Shown piece by piece: positions 55,701-64,000 of a stretch of 64,000 nt of DNA. The DNA is from a virus (Duplodnaviria; Caudoviricetes), in IMG/VR virus record IMGVR_UViG_3300050491_000011. One strand, written 5' to 3'. The notes beneath the pieces were generated by a model. It ran no database searches, had not been told where the DNA came from, and was given only the letters and a program-made list of their open reading frames with translations. A program made the translations under genes and the position numbers. How positions within the stretch are numbered: the first letter of the stretch is position 1; every line of letters begins with the position of its first letter.

Positions 55701-56534
55701 TTAATCCACAATCGGATCGTTAAAGTGAAGAACCAGTTGGCCAGACCAACCCAACGACTTGGTGTCATCGAGATCGACGATGATCACGTTGTCATAGTCC
55801 TGGTTGGAGATAGGTTCGCCAGAGGTCGGCCCTACGTAGCTAACGACCGCCCCATCCAAGGAGAAGCGGGAAGCGCCGACGAGCTGCCACGCATCGCCAG
55901 AGGCCGCCACAAGGGCATCCTTGATGATACCGAGACTATCTTGTCCAGTAACCACCGTACTTAGAGTAGCGTAGTAGCCACTCATGTTACGCCAGTAGGA
56001 ATAACCGACCGAAGCGTAAGGTTTGGTGATCTGAGCCGAAGGGTAGTTCAAGCCCGGCAGTTGAGTGACGGTGATCACGTCAGATAGAGGCTGTGCCCCC
56101 AGAGCGAGACTGAACGTAACTGTGCCAACCCAACCCATGCTATCAGCTTCAGCCACCAGCGTAACTTCACCAGCACCGTTCACCAAGGTCAATGGCGAAG
56201 AGACGATGTCGCCCGGCTCAAAGCCGATACCGTGCCGTTTGTTCAGCATGGCGACGAAGTCGTCAGTGGTACTGATGTCGTAGCCCTTGATGTTCGAGCT
56301 GATCAGGATCAGAAGATCCGCCAGATCCAAACGCTTATAGCGGATGGTAGTCGAACCATCGTAAGGACTCAGTGGGTTGAGTGCAGTAACCAGCAACGAA
56401 GTGTTAGTGCCTGATGCGTCCGGAGCAACTGCCGTAGGCGTACCGAACGTATACTCACCCGCAATCAGTTCGACGTTGTTTAACGTCTTGATCGCTTCGA
56501 GGATGGCATCAAGCGGTCTTTTATACAAAGCCAT
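55701..56534 (-). CDS. adaptor-family virion protein (long)
   Basis: IRYKRLDL ... LHFNDP. Confidence 0.8.
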   Translation of the reverse strand: MALYKRPLDAILEAIKTLNNVELIAGEYTFGTPTAVAPDASGTNTSLLVTALNPLSPYDGSTTIRYKRLDLADLLILISSNIKGYDISTTDDFVAMLNKRHGIGFEPGDIVSSPLTLVNGAGEVTLVAEADSMGWVGTVTFSLALGAQPLSDVITVTQLPGLNYPSAQITKPYASVGYSYWRNMSGYYATLSTVVTGQDSLGIIKDALVAASGDAWQLVGASRFSLDGAVVSYVGPTSGEPISNQDYDNVIIVDLDDTKSLGWSGQLVLHFNDPIVD

Positions 56535-56546
56535 ATCGAAACCTCT

Positions 56547-57344
56547 TTATGACCGGTTGAAGTGAATATACGCGTCGCCTTTGTAGCCGTTGATGTCAAC
56601 GCCCGTCTGGATGCAGACGTTGGTGAAATCTTGGTTGGCTTCAGGTACGTCTTTGGTCGAATACGACTTCACTGATTGAGTCATGAACACAGGGATGTCT
56701 GGGAAGCCCATCTCAATGAACATCTTCTGGACAGCAGGCCAGTTGGTCCAACCGTACCAAGCAACGCCCAGAATGTTGGAGTAGTACGAGAAGTCCAGGC
56801 CCCACGTCGCCATGTCAAGGGAAGGTTTACCCAAGTCCAATGGATTGTGGTGGGATAGGACGTCCAGCTCTTTCTCCGCGATCGCTACTTCAAGCAGCGG
56901 ACGGATACGGATGAACTGGATAACAAACGTGCCTTCATAACCCAATGAGTTCGGGCTAGCCTTGATCACCAAGTTCGCCTGTTCGTTACCACCCAGCCAG
57001 TCAATCGGCTCGTTGATGATATCGATAGGTTGTAGGTTCAGGCCAAGACGTTTGTTCAGAATTGGGAGCAACCGATGGATGGTTGTCTGACCCAAGTCTT
57101 GGATGATCGGACGCACACCACCAAAGACCTTATCGAAGTTGATGCGACGATATTTCCACCGCGCGTATCCTTCGTAGTCCTCGTTGTTGTACATCGTAAC
57201 GGAGGGAAGTTCGATCGATCCATCAGCCAACGACTTCACGTTGCCGTAGTAAAGACCGCCTACTTCCAGCGGTACAGCCAAAGCGTTCTGTTCGTTGATG
57301 AGACCGACCAGCGCTTCTTCCGACGATCCCGGTAAAAGTAACAT
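56547..57344 (-). CDS. adaptor-family virion protein (long)
   Basis: WKYRRINF ... YIHFN. Confidence 0.8.
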   Translation of the reverse strand: MLLLPGSSEEALVGLINEQNALAVPLEVGGLYYGNVKSLADGSIELPSVTMYNNEDYEGYARWKYRRINFDKVFGGVRPIIQDLGQTTIHRLLPILNKRLGLNLQPIDIINEPIDWLGGNEQANLVIKASPNSLGYEGTFVIQFIRIRPLLEVAIAEKELDVLSHHNPLDLGKPSLDMATWGLDFSYYSNILGVAWYGWTNWPAVQKMFIEMGFPDIPVFMTQSVKSYSTKDVPEANQDFTNVCIQTGVDINGYKGDAYIHFNRS

Positions 57345-57449
57345 AAGGCATCTCCTGGAGTCGAAGCTGACTTAAACGGTAAATAAGAGAGGACGAGGCC
57401 GAAACCCCGCCCTCTCAGATTTATTTGTATTAAGGCAGTGGTGAAGACC

Positions 57450-57974
57450 TTACGCTACTGGAACGTAGGTCAGACCGTTCAGTTCAGTCACGGTCAGGTA
57501 TTCAGCCAGGTCGATCTCGTCGGACTTCAGATGGAAGGTCAGGCTGCCGATATACGCCAGCGAGTCAGCCTTCGCCACGACTTGTACGTCGTGAGTTTCG
57601 TTCGGGATACCACCGGTGAAGGTTGGCAGCACGCCGTCGACGAAGTCTTCAGCCTGGAGATTGATGTTCAGGAGAGCGTTCAGCTCTGGGATGATGTCAG
57701 CGATGTTGACCGCGTCACCCAGGTTGAAGGTTGCGTCCTTGCCCGATGGCACGAGGATCGCGGTGTTCAGGTGCAGACGGTTGTACTTGAACGTCTGGCT
57801 ACCGACGAAACCCGAACCAGCTTTGGCGGTCAGGGTCACGGAGGTGTTCTTGTCGCCAGTGCTGTTTACGGTTGGCAGACCGATGTCGACGACGCCGTAG
57901 GTGATACCTTTGCCGTTGTCGGAGTTGATAAGGTCAAGGACTACGACCTTGCTTGCTTTAGTCATATCGCTCAT
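57450..57974 (-). CDS. adaptor-family virion protein (short)
   Basis: FKYNRLHL ... LNGLTY. Confidence 0.8.
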   Translation of the reverse strand: MSDMTKASKVVVLDLINSDNGKGITYGVVDIGLPTVNSTGDKNTSVTLTAKAGSGFVGSQTFKYNRLHLNTAILVPSGKDATFNLGDAVNIADIIPELNALLNINLQAEDFVDGVLPTFTGGIPNETHDVQVVAKADSLAYIGSLTFHLKSDEIDLAEYLTVTELNGLTYVPVA

Positions 57975-58045
57975 TACAGGTACTCTTCAGTAAGTAAGGA
58001 CAAGTCGGCCTTGGCCAACCACATAGAATTCTACTTATACACGGA

Positions 58046-58573
58046 TCAAACAACCGGCTCGTAAGTCAAGCCATTCAGATCAGTGACAGGTAGATACGCG
58101 CTCAGAGGAATCAATTCAGGCTGCACTTCAAGAATCAATGAGCCAAGGTACACCATCGAATCGAACGTCACCTTGAGTTCAATGTTCGCCGACAGATTTG
58201 CACTGAGATCTGGCAGAGGTTTGTCGATGATCTTGCTTGCTGTCAGGTTGATGTTCAACCGTTCGTTAATAGCCGGCAAGAGATCGGACAGGTTCACTTC
58301 ATCCGTGATAGTGAACTCTAGCGACGTCGTATCAGGATCTACGAAGTCTACTAGTCTTACTCGGTTGTAATAGAAGCTTTGACTACCTTCATAGCCTCTG
58401 CCCGCGACAGCCGTACCAACCATCAGGGTATTACGATTCACCCCAGCAATAGGGGTATAAACGCTCGGAGTGCCAAAGGTCACCTGACTGGACGTTAAGG
58501 TCCTGTTCTGGTTATCTTGGCGAATGAGATCGATAACGACGTCTATCTCACTCCGTGTGTAGTCAATGGCCAT
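58046..58573 (-). CDS. adaptor-family virion protein (short)
   Basis: FYYNRVRL ... LNGLTY. Confidence 0.8.
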   Translation of the reverse strand: MAIDYTRSEIDVVIDLIRQDNQNRTLTSSQVTFGTPSVYTPIAGVNRNTLMVGTAVAGRGYEGSQSFYYNRVRLVDFVDPDTTSLEFTITDEVNLSDLLPAINERLNINLTASKIIDKPLPDLSANLSANIELKVTFDSMVYLGSLILEVQPELIPLSAYLPVTDLNGLTYEPVV

Positions 58574-58616
58574 ACACGAGTTCTCGTTAAGGAATCAGGA
58601 GGTCATAGAATTTCGG

Positions 58617-59156
58617 TCAGTGGACTAACTGATCGTAAACTCCGCCGTCGGTCATTGGCTCGCCCCCAGGCGCTACAAGGCCGTTCAAAACGTTGTTCGG
58701 GAATTGTGACGCTAGGGTGAGGACTCCTTGGCTTGCGTTGAGTACAAGCGTTCCTAGCCACACGAAAGACCTATTCGAAACGGTGATGGTGACAACGCCG
58801 TCCACGTTGGTGTAATCTTTGATATCGTTCAGGCTCAATACGAAGTTGTACTTGAGCTTCAGGGCATTCACCACAGACGCAGGTGTGATCTCTCCCTGTA
58901 CTTCGACACTGACATCGGGCTCGCCAATATCGATGAATGCTTGCTGCATATCCAAGCGGTTGTAATAGTAGACGTAACTGCCGGTGATCTGCCTACCACG
59001 AGCCGTAGCACCCACCTTCGTATTCTTTCCATCGAACTCGCCCAGCACCAAACCGGTGAAAGACAGGTTCGACGTACTAAGCGTTACGCCGTATCCTTCC
59101 AAGATGGCCTGATTCGCTACCTGAATCATCTCGGCCAGCATTTCCTCACCGGTCAT
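58617..59156 (-). CDS. adaptor-family virion protein (short), first gene of late operon
   Basis: YYYNRLDM ... LNGL. Confidence 0.8.
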   Translation of the reverse strand: MTGEEMLAEMIQVANQAILEGYGVTLSTSNLSFTGLVLGEFDGKNTKVGATARGRQITGSYVYYYNRLDMQQAFIDIGEPDVSVEVQGEITPASVVNALKLKYNFVLSLNDIKDYTNVDGVVTITVSNRSFVWLGTLVLNASQGVLTLASQFPNNVLNGLVAPGGEPMTDGGVYDQLVH

Positions 59157-59170
59157 AGTCGATACCTGTG

Positions 59171-59174
59171 CATA
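59171..59174 (-). promoter_or_regulatory. putative late promoter core TATG upstream of structural operon
   Basis: AT-rich context just upstream of 59156. Confidence 0.35.
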
Positions 59175-59206
59175 AATGGATTAACTCTACATCCTATTTG
59201 GATTGG

Positions 59207-59294
59207 AGTCAAATTAATTACAGTCACACATTGTCTCGGTACAACATAACAACGATATCAATTCCTGATACGTTGCAACGACCGAGGAGGTCAC
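59207..59294 (+). repeat. promoter-leader module, copy 2
   Basis: as copy 1. Confidence 0.85.
59280..59292 (+). promoter_or_regulatory. SD hairpin GACC-GAGGA-GGTC
   Basis: ATG 59295. Confidence 0.8.
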
Positions 59295-59615
59295 ATGGAC
59301 AATAGTAAACTCGCTAACACGTTGATGGGTATGGCTACTGAGCTGATGATTCAGTTCAATCGTACCACTGCGTTGAGTGAGACACTGCACAACCAGTACA
59401 TGGAGCGTACGTCTGTAAAAGGACGGCACGAGTGCAGTAAGCCGGTGGATGCAAATGCCGAGGAGTTGGCTATTATCAGCAACTCTTTAGGTAAGCGGGT
59501 TCTTGAGATCGCTAATCTCTTGCGTCTGCTGCATCCGGCATACGAAGTCAAGATACCTGAAAGGGTTAAGTTGACTTACGTATCCACTGAGCTCGAGCTA
59601 ACGCCTCGATCTTAG
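59295..59615 (+). CDS. hypothetical protein
   Basis: SD hairpin upstream. Confidence 0.75.
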   Translation: MDNSKLANTLMGMATELMIQFNRTTALSETLHNQYMERTSVKGRHECSKPVDANAEELAIISNSLGKRVLEIANLLRLLHPAYEVKIPERVKLTYVSTELELTPRS

Positions 59616-59660
59616 TCGGCCGGCTACAGACGGGTGGAATTCTCCACCCGTTACCATAAC

Positions 59661-59673
59661 GACTGAGGAAGTC
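59661..59673 (+). promoter_or_regulatory. SD hairpin GACT-GAGGA-AGTC
   Basis: ATG 59678. Confidence 0.8.
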
Positions 59674-59677
59674 TAAC

Positions 59678-60007
59678 ATGATGAACATCCCTACATTCTT
59701 GAAGCTGTGTGCAGTAGTTGCTACCGTTGGTGCAGCAGCAGGTGCTACAGTTGGTTACTTCGAAAAGAAAGAACGCGATCGTCAGGCTGAGGTTGTTAAG
59801 CGCAATATCAAAGACCTCACCGCTCTCTGCAATGACATCATTGACGTCCACGGCCAGAAGGCTCTCAGCGCTAACCAGCTGGCGAACCTGCTGGAGATAC
59901 GTCGGCGCATCGGTTCCGACTTCAGCAACATGAAGTACCACGAGATCATGGTTCTTCAAAGCCAGATCGAAGTGATCTACAACGTTCTTAATTCTGCTCG
60001 CAAATAA
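59678..60007 (+). CDS. membrane-anchored protein, paralog of 60026-60364
   Basis: SD hairpin; TM then KK; ALS..QL..L. Confidence 0.8.
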   Translation: MMNIPTFLKLCAVVATVGAAAGATVGYFEKKERDRQAEVVKRNIKDLTALCNDIIDVHGQKALSANQLANLLEIRRRIGSDFSNMKYHEIMVLQSQIEVIYNVLNSARK

Positions 60008-60008
60008 C

Positions 60009-60021
60009 GACCGTGGAGGTC
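60009..60021 (+). promoter_or_regulatory. SD hairpin GACC-GTGGA-GGTC
   Basis: ATG 60026. Confidence 0.8.
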
Positions 60022-60025
60022 TGTC

Positions 60026-60364
60026 ATGATTTCTGATGTACTCAAGATAGCAGCAGGCGTAACAATACTCGCCAGTGCCATTGGTGGAGCGATCTATTAC
60101 GTCACCAAGAAGGATAACGAGAACAAGTTGGCAAGTATCAAACGGCAGGTGGGCGATAACCTGGACTTCATCGACGCTTACATCGCGTTGATGACCAGCG
60201 ATGCGCTGTCTGTGAAGCAGCTGGGTGAGTTGGAGAAATTGCGTGAAGCGCACCAGACTCAATTCGCTGGAATCCCTTACAACGTGATGGTCGTTATGTT
60301 GGCTCAGTCCAACGGTATCTACATGACCGTCCGTGATGCTGCAAAGGCACATCAGAAGAAATGA
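60026..60364 (+). CDS. membrane-anchored protein, paralog of 59678-60007
   Basis: SD hairpin; TM then KK; ALS..QL..L. Confidence 0.8.
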   Translation: MISDVLKIAAGVTILASAIGGAIYYVTKKDNENKLASIKRQVGDNLDFIDAYIALMTSDALSVKQLGELEKLREAHQTQFAGIPYNVMVVMLAQSNGIYMTVRDAAKAHQKK

Positions 60365-60450
60365 TCGGGAAAGACCCTGATCTACCTACCCGATGAACCG
60401 CGGATCTTCAAAGAAGCTTTCCGCTGGCAATACCAACCCGAACCCGAATC

Positions 60451-60463
60451 GACTGAGGAAGTC
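60451..60463 (+). promoter_or_regulatory. SD hairpin GACT-GAGGA-AGTC
   Basis: ATG 60469. Confidence 0.8.
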
Positions 60464-60468
60464 CTACC

Positions 60469-60999
60469 ATGCAAGATATCCAAAAGCAAATCGAAGATGA
60501 CGTTAGCAAAGTCATTCGCGACAAGAACACTCTCGCAGCTATCGACGCTGCTATTGAAGTTGGTGCGGACTACGAAACAAAGTTCCACGCCAACTGGATG
60601 ATCGCTCGTGGTTTCTATAACCTCGGCATCGTCACCGCGCTGTTCCATGCTGCTGATCGCGCCATCGAACGGATCGCTAAAGATCCTGAAGAACTCGGTT
60701 GCAAGATGGCATTCATCGACAAAGATGGACGCGAGTGCATCATCATCGCAGGGCACCATGGCTACGTGTTCATGTATGCCAATGGTTACGTCTCTATCCA
60801 TAGCGGGTATCACTGCGATAACCTCGATGTCTTGATGGCCCTTGACGGAATTAGCTTAAAGCAAACATTCCGTGACCTCATGGTACAAGGCTTGCCATTC
60901 ATGGGGCTGATTCCTATCCTCGATTCGATTGTAGAAAACCGATCGAACCAGGAAGAGATGACTCGCCTCCACGCAAAATTCAGAAGCTACTTGGCTTAA
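60469..60999 (+). CDS. hypothetical protein
   Basis: SD hairpin upstream. Confidence 0.8.
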   Translation: MQDIQKQIEDDVSKVIRDKNTLAAIDAAIEVGADYETKFHANWMIARGFYNLGIVTALFHAADRAIERIAKDPEELGCKMAFIDKDGRECIIIAGHHGYVFMYANGYVSIHSGYHCDNLDVLMALDGISLKQTFRDLMVQGLPFMGLIPILDSIVENRSNQEEMTRLHAKFRSYLA

Positions 61000-61009
61000 G
61001 GAAACAATC

Positions 61010-61363
61010 ATGTCACTCGTATCTGTAACCATCATGGGTAACGACCTGGTTCTCGGTTCTCAATCCGACCCACCGGTTGGTCACCGGATCGGCACAGTTC
61101 CGTTGAAGTTTGATAACGGTAAGACCGAGCATATCTGCGTGTTCGGTTCTGTCCACATCTACACCGATTCGAGAGAGCGTGATCACTTCGAGGCAGAGCT
61201 GCGTAAGTTCTGCCAAGATCCTGATACCGTTCAGAAGGTTCTCGACATCACCGGGCAATCTGCCTACGCTAAACGTTTCAATCCATCGCGGTCCCAAACG
61301 GATCGCGGCTGGTATCGTGCCGGTAAAACCGGTGGTCTAGAAACCCAACATAGCTGCGCGTAG
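61010..61363 (+). CDS. hypothetical protein
   Basis: AAGGA RBS. Confidence 0.7.
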   Translation: MSLVSVTIMGNDLVLGSQSDPPVGHRIGTVPLKFDNGKTEHICVFGSVHIYTDSRERDHFEAELRKFCQDPDTVQKVLDITGQSAYAKRFNPSRSQTDRGWYRAGKTGGLETQHSCA

Positions 61364-61375
61364 GAGTGGTCCTGA

Positions 61376-61732
61376 ATGCGTGGACGATGTGAGTTGACCA
61401 CAGATAGTAAACGCAGCAAAGAGCAGATGCTTAACAAACTGATGCGGATCAACCTCGCAATCGGTAAAGATCCTAGGTTCGCTGATCTACTGAATGACGA
61501 GATGTTTATTCAGAATCTGAAAGAGGCGCAAAAATACCTCAATCTGATGATCAACGATAATACTCTAATGGGTCGTGATCTTCGACACGTAATCACGTTA
61601 TACCACGCACATGTTCACGAATGGCTAGACGCTATACAAACCCATTGCGACTATAACCAAATCCTCGAAATAAATTTCAGGACTACGACTCTGGGTGAGT
61701 TGATCGAAGCCTTAGAACCGACTACAAAGTAA
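61376..61732 (+). CDS. hypothetical protein (alternative ATG 61427)
   Basis: AGGAG upstream of 61376. Confidence 0.65.
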   Translation: MRGRCELTTDSKRSKEQMLNKLMRINLAIGKDPRFADLLNDEMFIQNLKEAQKYLNLMINDNTLMGRDLRHVITLYHAHVHEWLDAIQTHCDYNQILEINFRTTTLGELIEALEPTTK

Positions 61733-61749
61733 TACCCATTATACCCAAC

Positions 61750-61762
61750 GACCGTGGAGGTC
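61750..61762 (+). promoter_or_regulatory. SD hairpin GACC-GTGGA-GGTC
   Basis: ATG 61766. Confidence 0.8.
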
Positions 61763-61765
61763 AAG

Positions 61766-62284
61766 ATGTCTACTTACAAAGCATACAAACTTGAAGGCCG
61801 TAAAGTTGTTCTCTCCGAGAATGGCGTATCCAAAGTAATCATCCCGCCAGTCGGCATCTGCTTCAGTGAAATCCGCAACACTTGGCAAGCCAACATTCTC
61901 GATGATGAAGGCAACTGGATGGCGGTGCGTTACAGTGCCAACGCCCACGGTTTCATGGAAGCGCTTCAAATGGCAATGGATGTGCGGGAACTGTCTCTGA
62001 CATTCCTCCTGAACGTTCGTATGCTTCCACGCTTGCGTAAAGCTTATGACATCAAAGAAGTCGGTGGTCTGTACCGCGTCCGAGATCCTCTCGAGAAGTG
62101 CTACAAGTTCTTCACATCCCGTAAGTTCGCTGAAGCTTTCAACAAGGAAGTAACAGCGAAGTGGGTTGATAAGCACACCTTCGACACAAACGAAATGGTT
62201 CAACCGTACATGCCAACGATTCCACTTGTACGGATGGATTACCTCACCGCCATTAGCCCAGCTGCCTCACGGAGCATTCACTAA
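61766..62284 (+). CDS. hypothetical protein
   Basis: SD hairpin then ATG 61766. Confidence 0.8.
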   Translation: MSTYKAYKLEGRKVVLSENGVSKVIIPPVGICFSEIRNTWQANILDDEGNWMAVRYSANAHGFMEALQMAMDVRELSLTFLLNVRMLPRLRKAYDIKEVGGLYRVRDPLEKCYKFFTSRKFAEAFNKEVTAKWVDKHTFDTNEMVQPYMPTIPLVRMDYLTAISPAASRSIH

Positions 62285-62442
62285 TGAATAAGCCAGGGAT
62301 TCCGTTGGAAGATGTAATCGACGCTTCCGTTAAGCGCCGCAAGCGTCGTAACCGCGATAAGGCTATCCGCGCATTCTGCGCAGTATTCATCGCGCTCAAC
62401 TTTGTCTTCATCATCGGCTATGCGGTGAAGACCTATGTCTGA
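62284..62442 (+). CDS. small membrane protein (52 aa, not in track)
   Basis: TAATG coupling; KRRKRR followed by TM helix. Confidence 0.6.
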   Translation: MNKPGIPLEDVIDASVKRRKRRNRDKAIRAFCAVFIALNFVFIIGYAVKTYV

Positions 62443-62653
62443 GGTAGAGTCTGAGTTTGAAGAAGACGGGGTTGATAACCTGACCCTGTGGTTACTCGCA
62501 GCCGCTCTCTCGTTCGCGTTCTCTGTCTCGATGGTATTCATCGATTGGCACGAACAGATGAGCCGCTGCGTCGGCCCTAAAGAAGTGGCTAAGGCTGGTA
62601 TCACTTTGGACGTAAGTTCAGGGGTAGTTGTTCGAGACTGTCCAGTCGAATAA
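62435..62653 (+). CDS. small membrane protein
   Basis: acidic N-term, TM helix. Confidence 0.5.
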   Translation: MSEVESEFEEDGVDNLTLWLLAAALSFAFSVSMVFIDWHEQMSRCVGPKEVAKAGITLDVSSGVVVRDCPVE

Positions 62654-62707
62654 ATTACAGATAGATATCATCCACCTGCAATTATCCCCTAATGCAAGGA
62701 GTTGGAC

Positions 62708-62851
62708 ATGCGTGAAGTACTGTTGATCAGCTTTGGTATTGGCCTCGGCTATTACATTCGTCATCTGCGCGCACAGCGTGATGACCAGGAACTGAGAATG
62801 AAAGGTGCTGAAGCTGCGGCTAAAGCATCTGCTTCAGCGGCAACGGCCTAA
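62708..62851 (+). CDS. small membrane-anchored peptide (47 aa, not in track)
   Basis: AGGAG RBS; LLISFGIGLGYYIRH; ends at terminator. Confidence 0.6.
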   Translation: MREVLLISFGIGLGYYIRHLRAQRDDQELRMKGAEAAAKASASAATA

Positions 62852-62854
62852 CGG

Positions 62855-62901
62855 CATAGAGAGCGTGGCGCAAGCCACGCTCTCTTTACTTCTTTTTTTT
62901 T
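62855..62901. terminator. terminator between convergent genes
   Basis: 12-bp stem, TTACTTC spacer, T9. Confidence 0.85.
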
Positions 62902-62910
62902 GTCGTGAAA

Positions 62911-64000
62911 TCAGTCGTCGAAGTCACGCCAGTCATTACCACCTTCGCCATTAGTAGTACGCGCACCTACTTTCTTATACGAAAGATCTTCGTCAAGAAG
63001 CAGATCGTACTTGAAGCCCATCATCGGGTAATCCAAGAACTTCAATGCGTAATACTTATCCTGTTCCTGAGTTGCACCGATCTTACGATGCTTACCCCAT
63101 TGGAACTCAGCCCATGCTTGACCTTGGTGGATAGTCTTCGCGGTAAAGACCTCATAGTCAAACTCGGTGTTGAGCTTCTTGGAGCCCTCGTAGTAGCCTT
63201 TATCTACCAGACGCTTGATGTAGTCGTCAGGATAGGTTCGAGCCAAGTCACGAGTCGCTGGAGACAGTTGGTGAGCTGTGTACGCAAAGATGTTGTTCGG
63301 AGACGTGAACTTACGGACGCGACGGTGCGCTCCTTGAATCTCGTCACCGGCAACAGCAGCCACGATGTTGTTTTTTGTCAACAGGTTGATGTAGTCGCAA
63401 CCAGCCGAAACAATCTCGTAACCTTCTTTGATGAATTGCTTCAAGTCATCGATATAGTCATCGACGTCTGCACCACGAGTGTAGTCCAGAATCATGACGT
63501 GCCAGCCATTGGCTGTCATCTTATCGAAAACGTACTGGGCGATCTCACGGGAGTCGACGCCCTTGGTTACAACAGGTAGACCAAACTCGTATTGCATCAA
63601 CAGGGTGTATAGCTTCTGAAGAACCAGCTCGGGTTTATCTTCCGCAGTAGCAAATACATGTAGCGGTTTCTTCGTCTCATCAAACAGCACGGGACTGTTG
63701 AAGATACAGAATGCAAACAATTGATCCAGCAGAGTACCGGACTTGTTCATACCCGGCAATGCGGATACGTTAGCCCACTCACCACGTCGTGCGCCTTCCT
63801 GATCGCCGGTCATCCGGTTAGCAGCCTTGAAGCCGTACTTGAGGATAGCCCGTGGATCAATAGCAAGCTGAGCCATCGCGTAGACTTCCGACAGACTTTC
63901 AACGTCACTGATGTCAATGCGACGCATCGCACCACCAGCTTGACGCTTACCAGACAGTGGAAGCTCTGTCATCTTGGCGATGATCTCTTCACGGAAGCGC
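62911..64000 (-). CDS. DnaB-like replicative helicase (5' end outside window)
   Basis: ALPGMNKS P-loop, CDYINLL, TAHQLS, KHR; frame stays open to the window edge. Confidence 0.85.
   Translation of the reverse strand, partial: RFREEIIAKMTELPLSGKRQAGGAMRRIDISDVESLSEVYAMAQLAIDPRAILKYGFKAANRMTGDQEGARRGEWANVSALPGMNKSGTLLDQLFAFCIFNSPVLFDETKKPLHVFATAEDKPELVLQKLYTLLMQYEFGLPVVTKGVDSREIAQYVFDKMTANGWHVMILDYTRGADVDDYIDDLKQFIKEGYEIVSAGCDYINLLTKNNIVAAVAGDEIQGAHRRVRKFTSPNNIFAYTAHQLSPATRDLARTYPDDYIKRLVDKGYYEGSKKLNTEFDYEVFTAKTIHQGQAWAEFQWGKHRKIGATQEQDKYYALKFLDYPMMGFKYDLLLDEDLSYKKVGARTTNGEGGNDWRDFDD

Noticed and set aside
26265-61762. Calling the SD hairpins canonical RsmA/CsrA sites
   Set aside because: Loops are GNGGA, not the ANGGA preferred by CsrA/RsmA; kept only as one hypothesis.
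62905-63579. 224-aa + strand ORF
   Set aside because: Antisense to the DnaB-like gene, with no RBS.

Overview
64 kb of a large lytic dsDNA phage genome, best matched to a phiKZ-like jumbo phage (Chimalliviridae). A Pseudomonas host is likely, because the Tmk looks very like Pseudomonas Tmk. The assignment rests on recognised motifs, not a database search. No rRNA, tRNA, CRISPR array, integrase or IS was seen. Layout: (i) 1-30.5 kb, dense + strand accessory/early genes, including an HslV-like peptidase, DHH phosphoesterase, AAA ATPase, TAXI-like solute-binding protein, stand-alone ligase Ia domain, Tmk, NinI-like phosphatase, HD hydrolase, QueC-like ATPase, Dcd, an i/o-spanin pair, DUF1353 and a small GIY-YIG protein; (ii) a minus-strand 1151-aa SF2 helicase fusion; (iii) 34-43 kb, further + strand genes interspersed with ORF-poor, highly structured segments; (iv) 42.9-59.2 kb, a tail/baseplate-fibre paralog array (15 adaptor-type genes, 5 lectin-like genes, 1 stand-alone C-terminal domain); (v) a third + strand cluster and the 3' part of a DnaB-like helicase. 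The most striking signal is regulatory. Twelve + strand genes carry a covarying 4-bp hairpin with a G(A/T)GGA loop over the Shine-Dalgarno. Four TATG-preceded, terminator-ended structured segments look like ncRNAs, three sharing a palindromic GTAATTAATTAC-type upstream box. Some of these segments contain 7-10 nt complements of the SD hairpins. Together this suggests an RNA-level control system (inference). Other highlights are a probable virion polyprotein (helicase + H-Y-E ADP-ribosyltransferase-like domain + third domain, separated by S-x-E sites) and several counter-defence-like small proteins.
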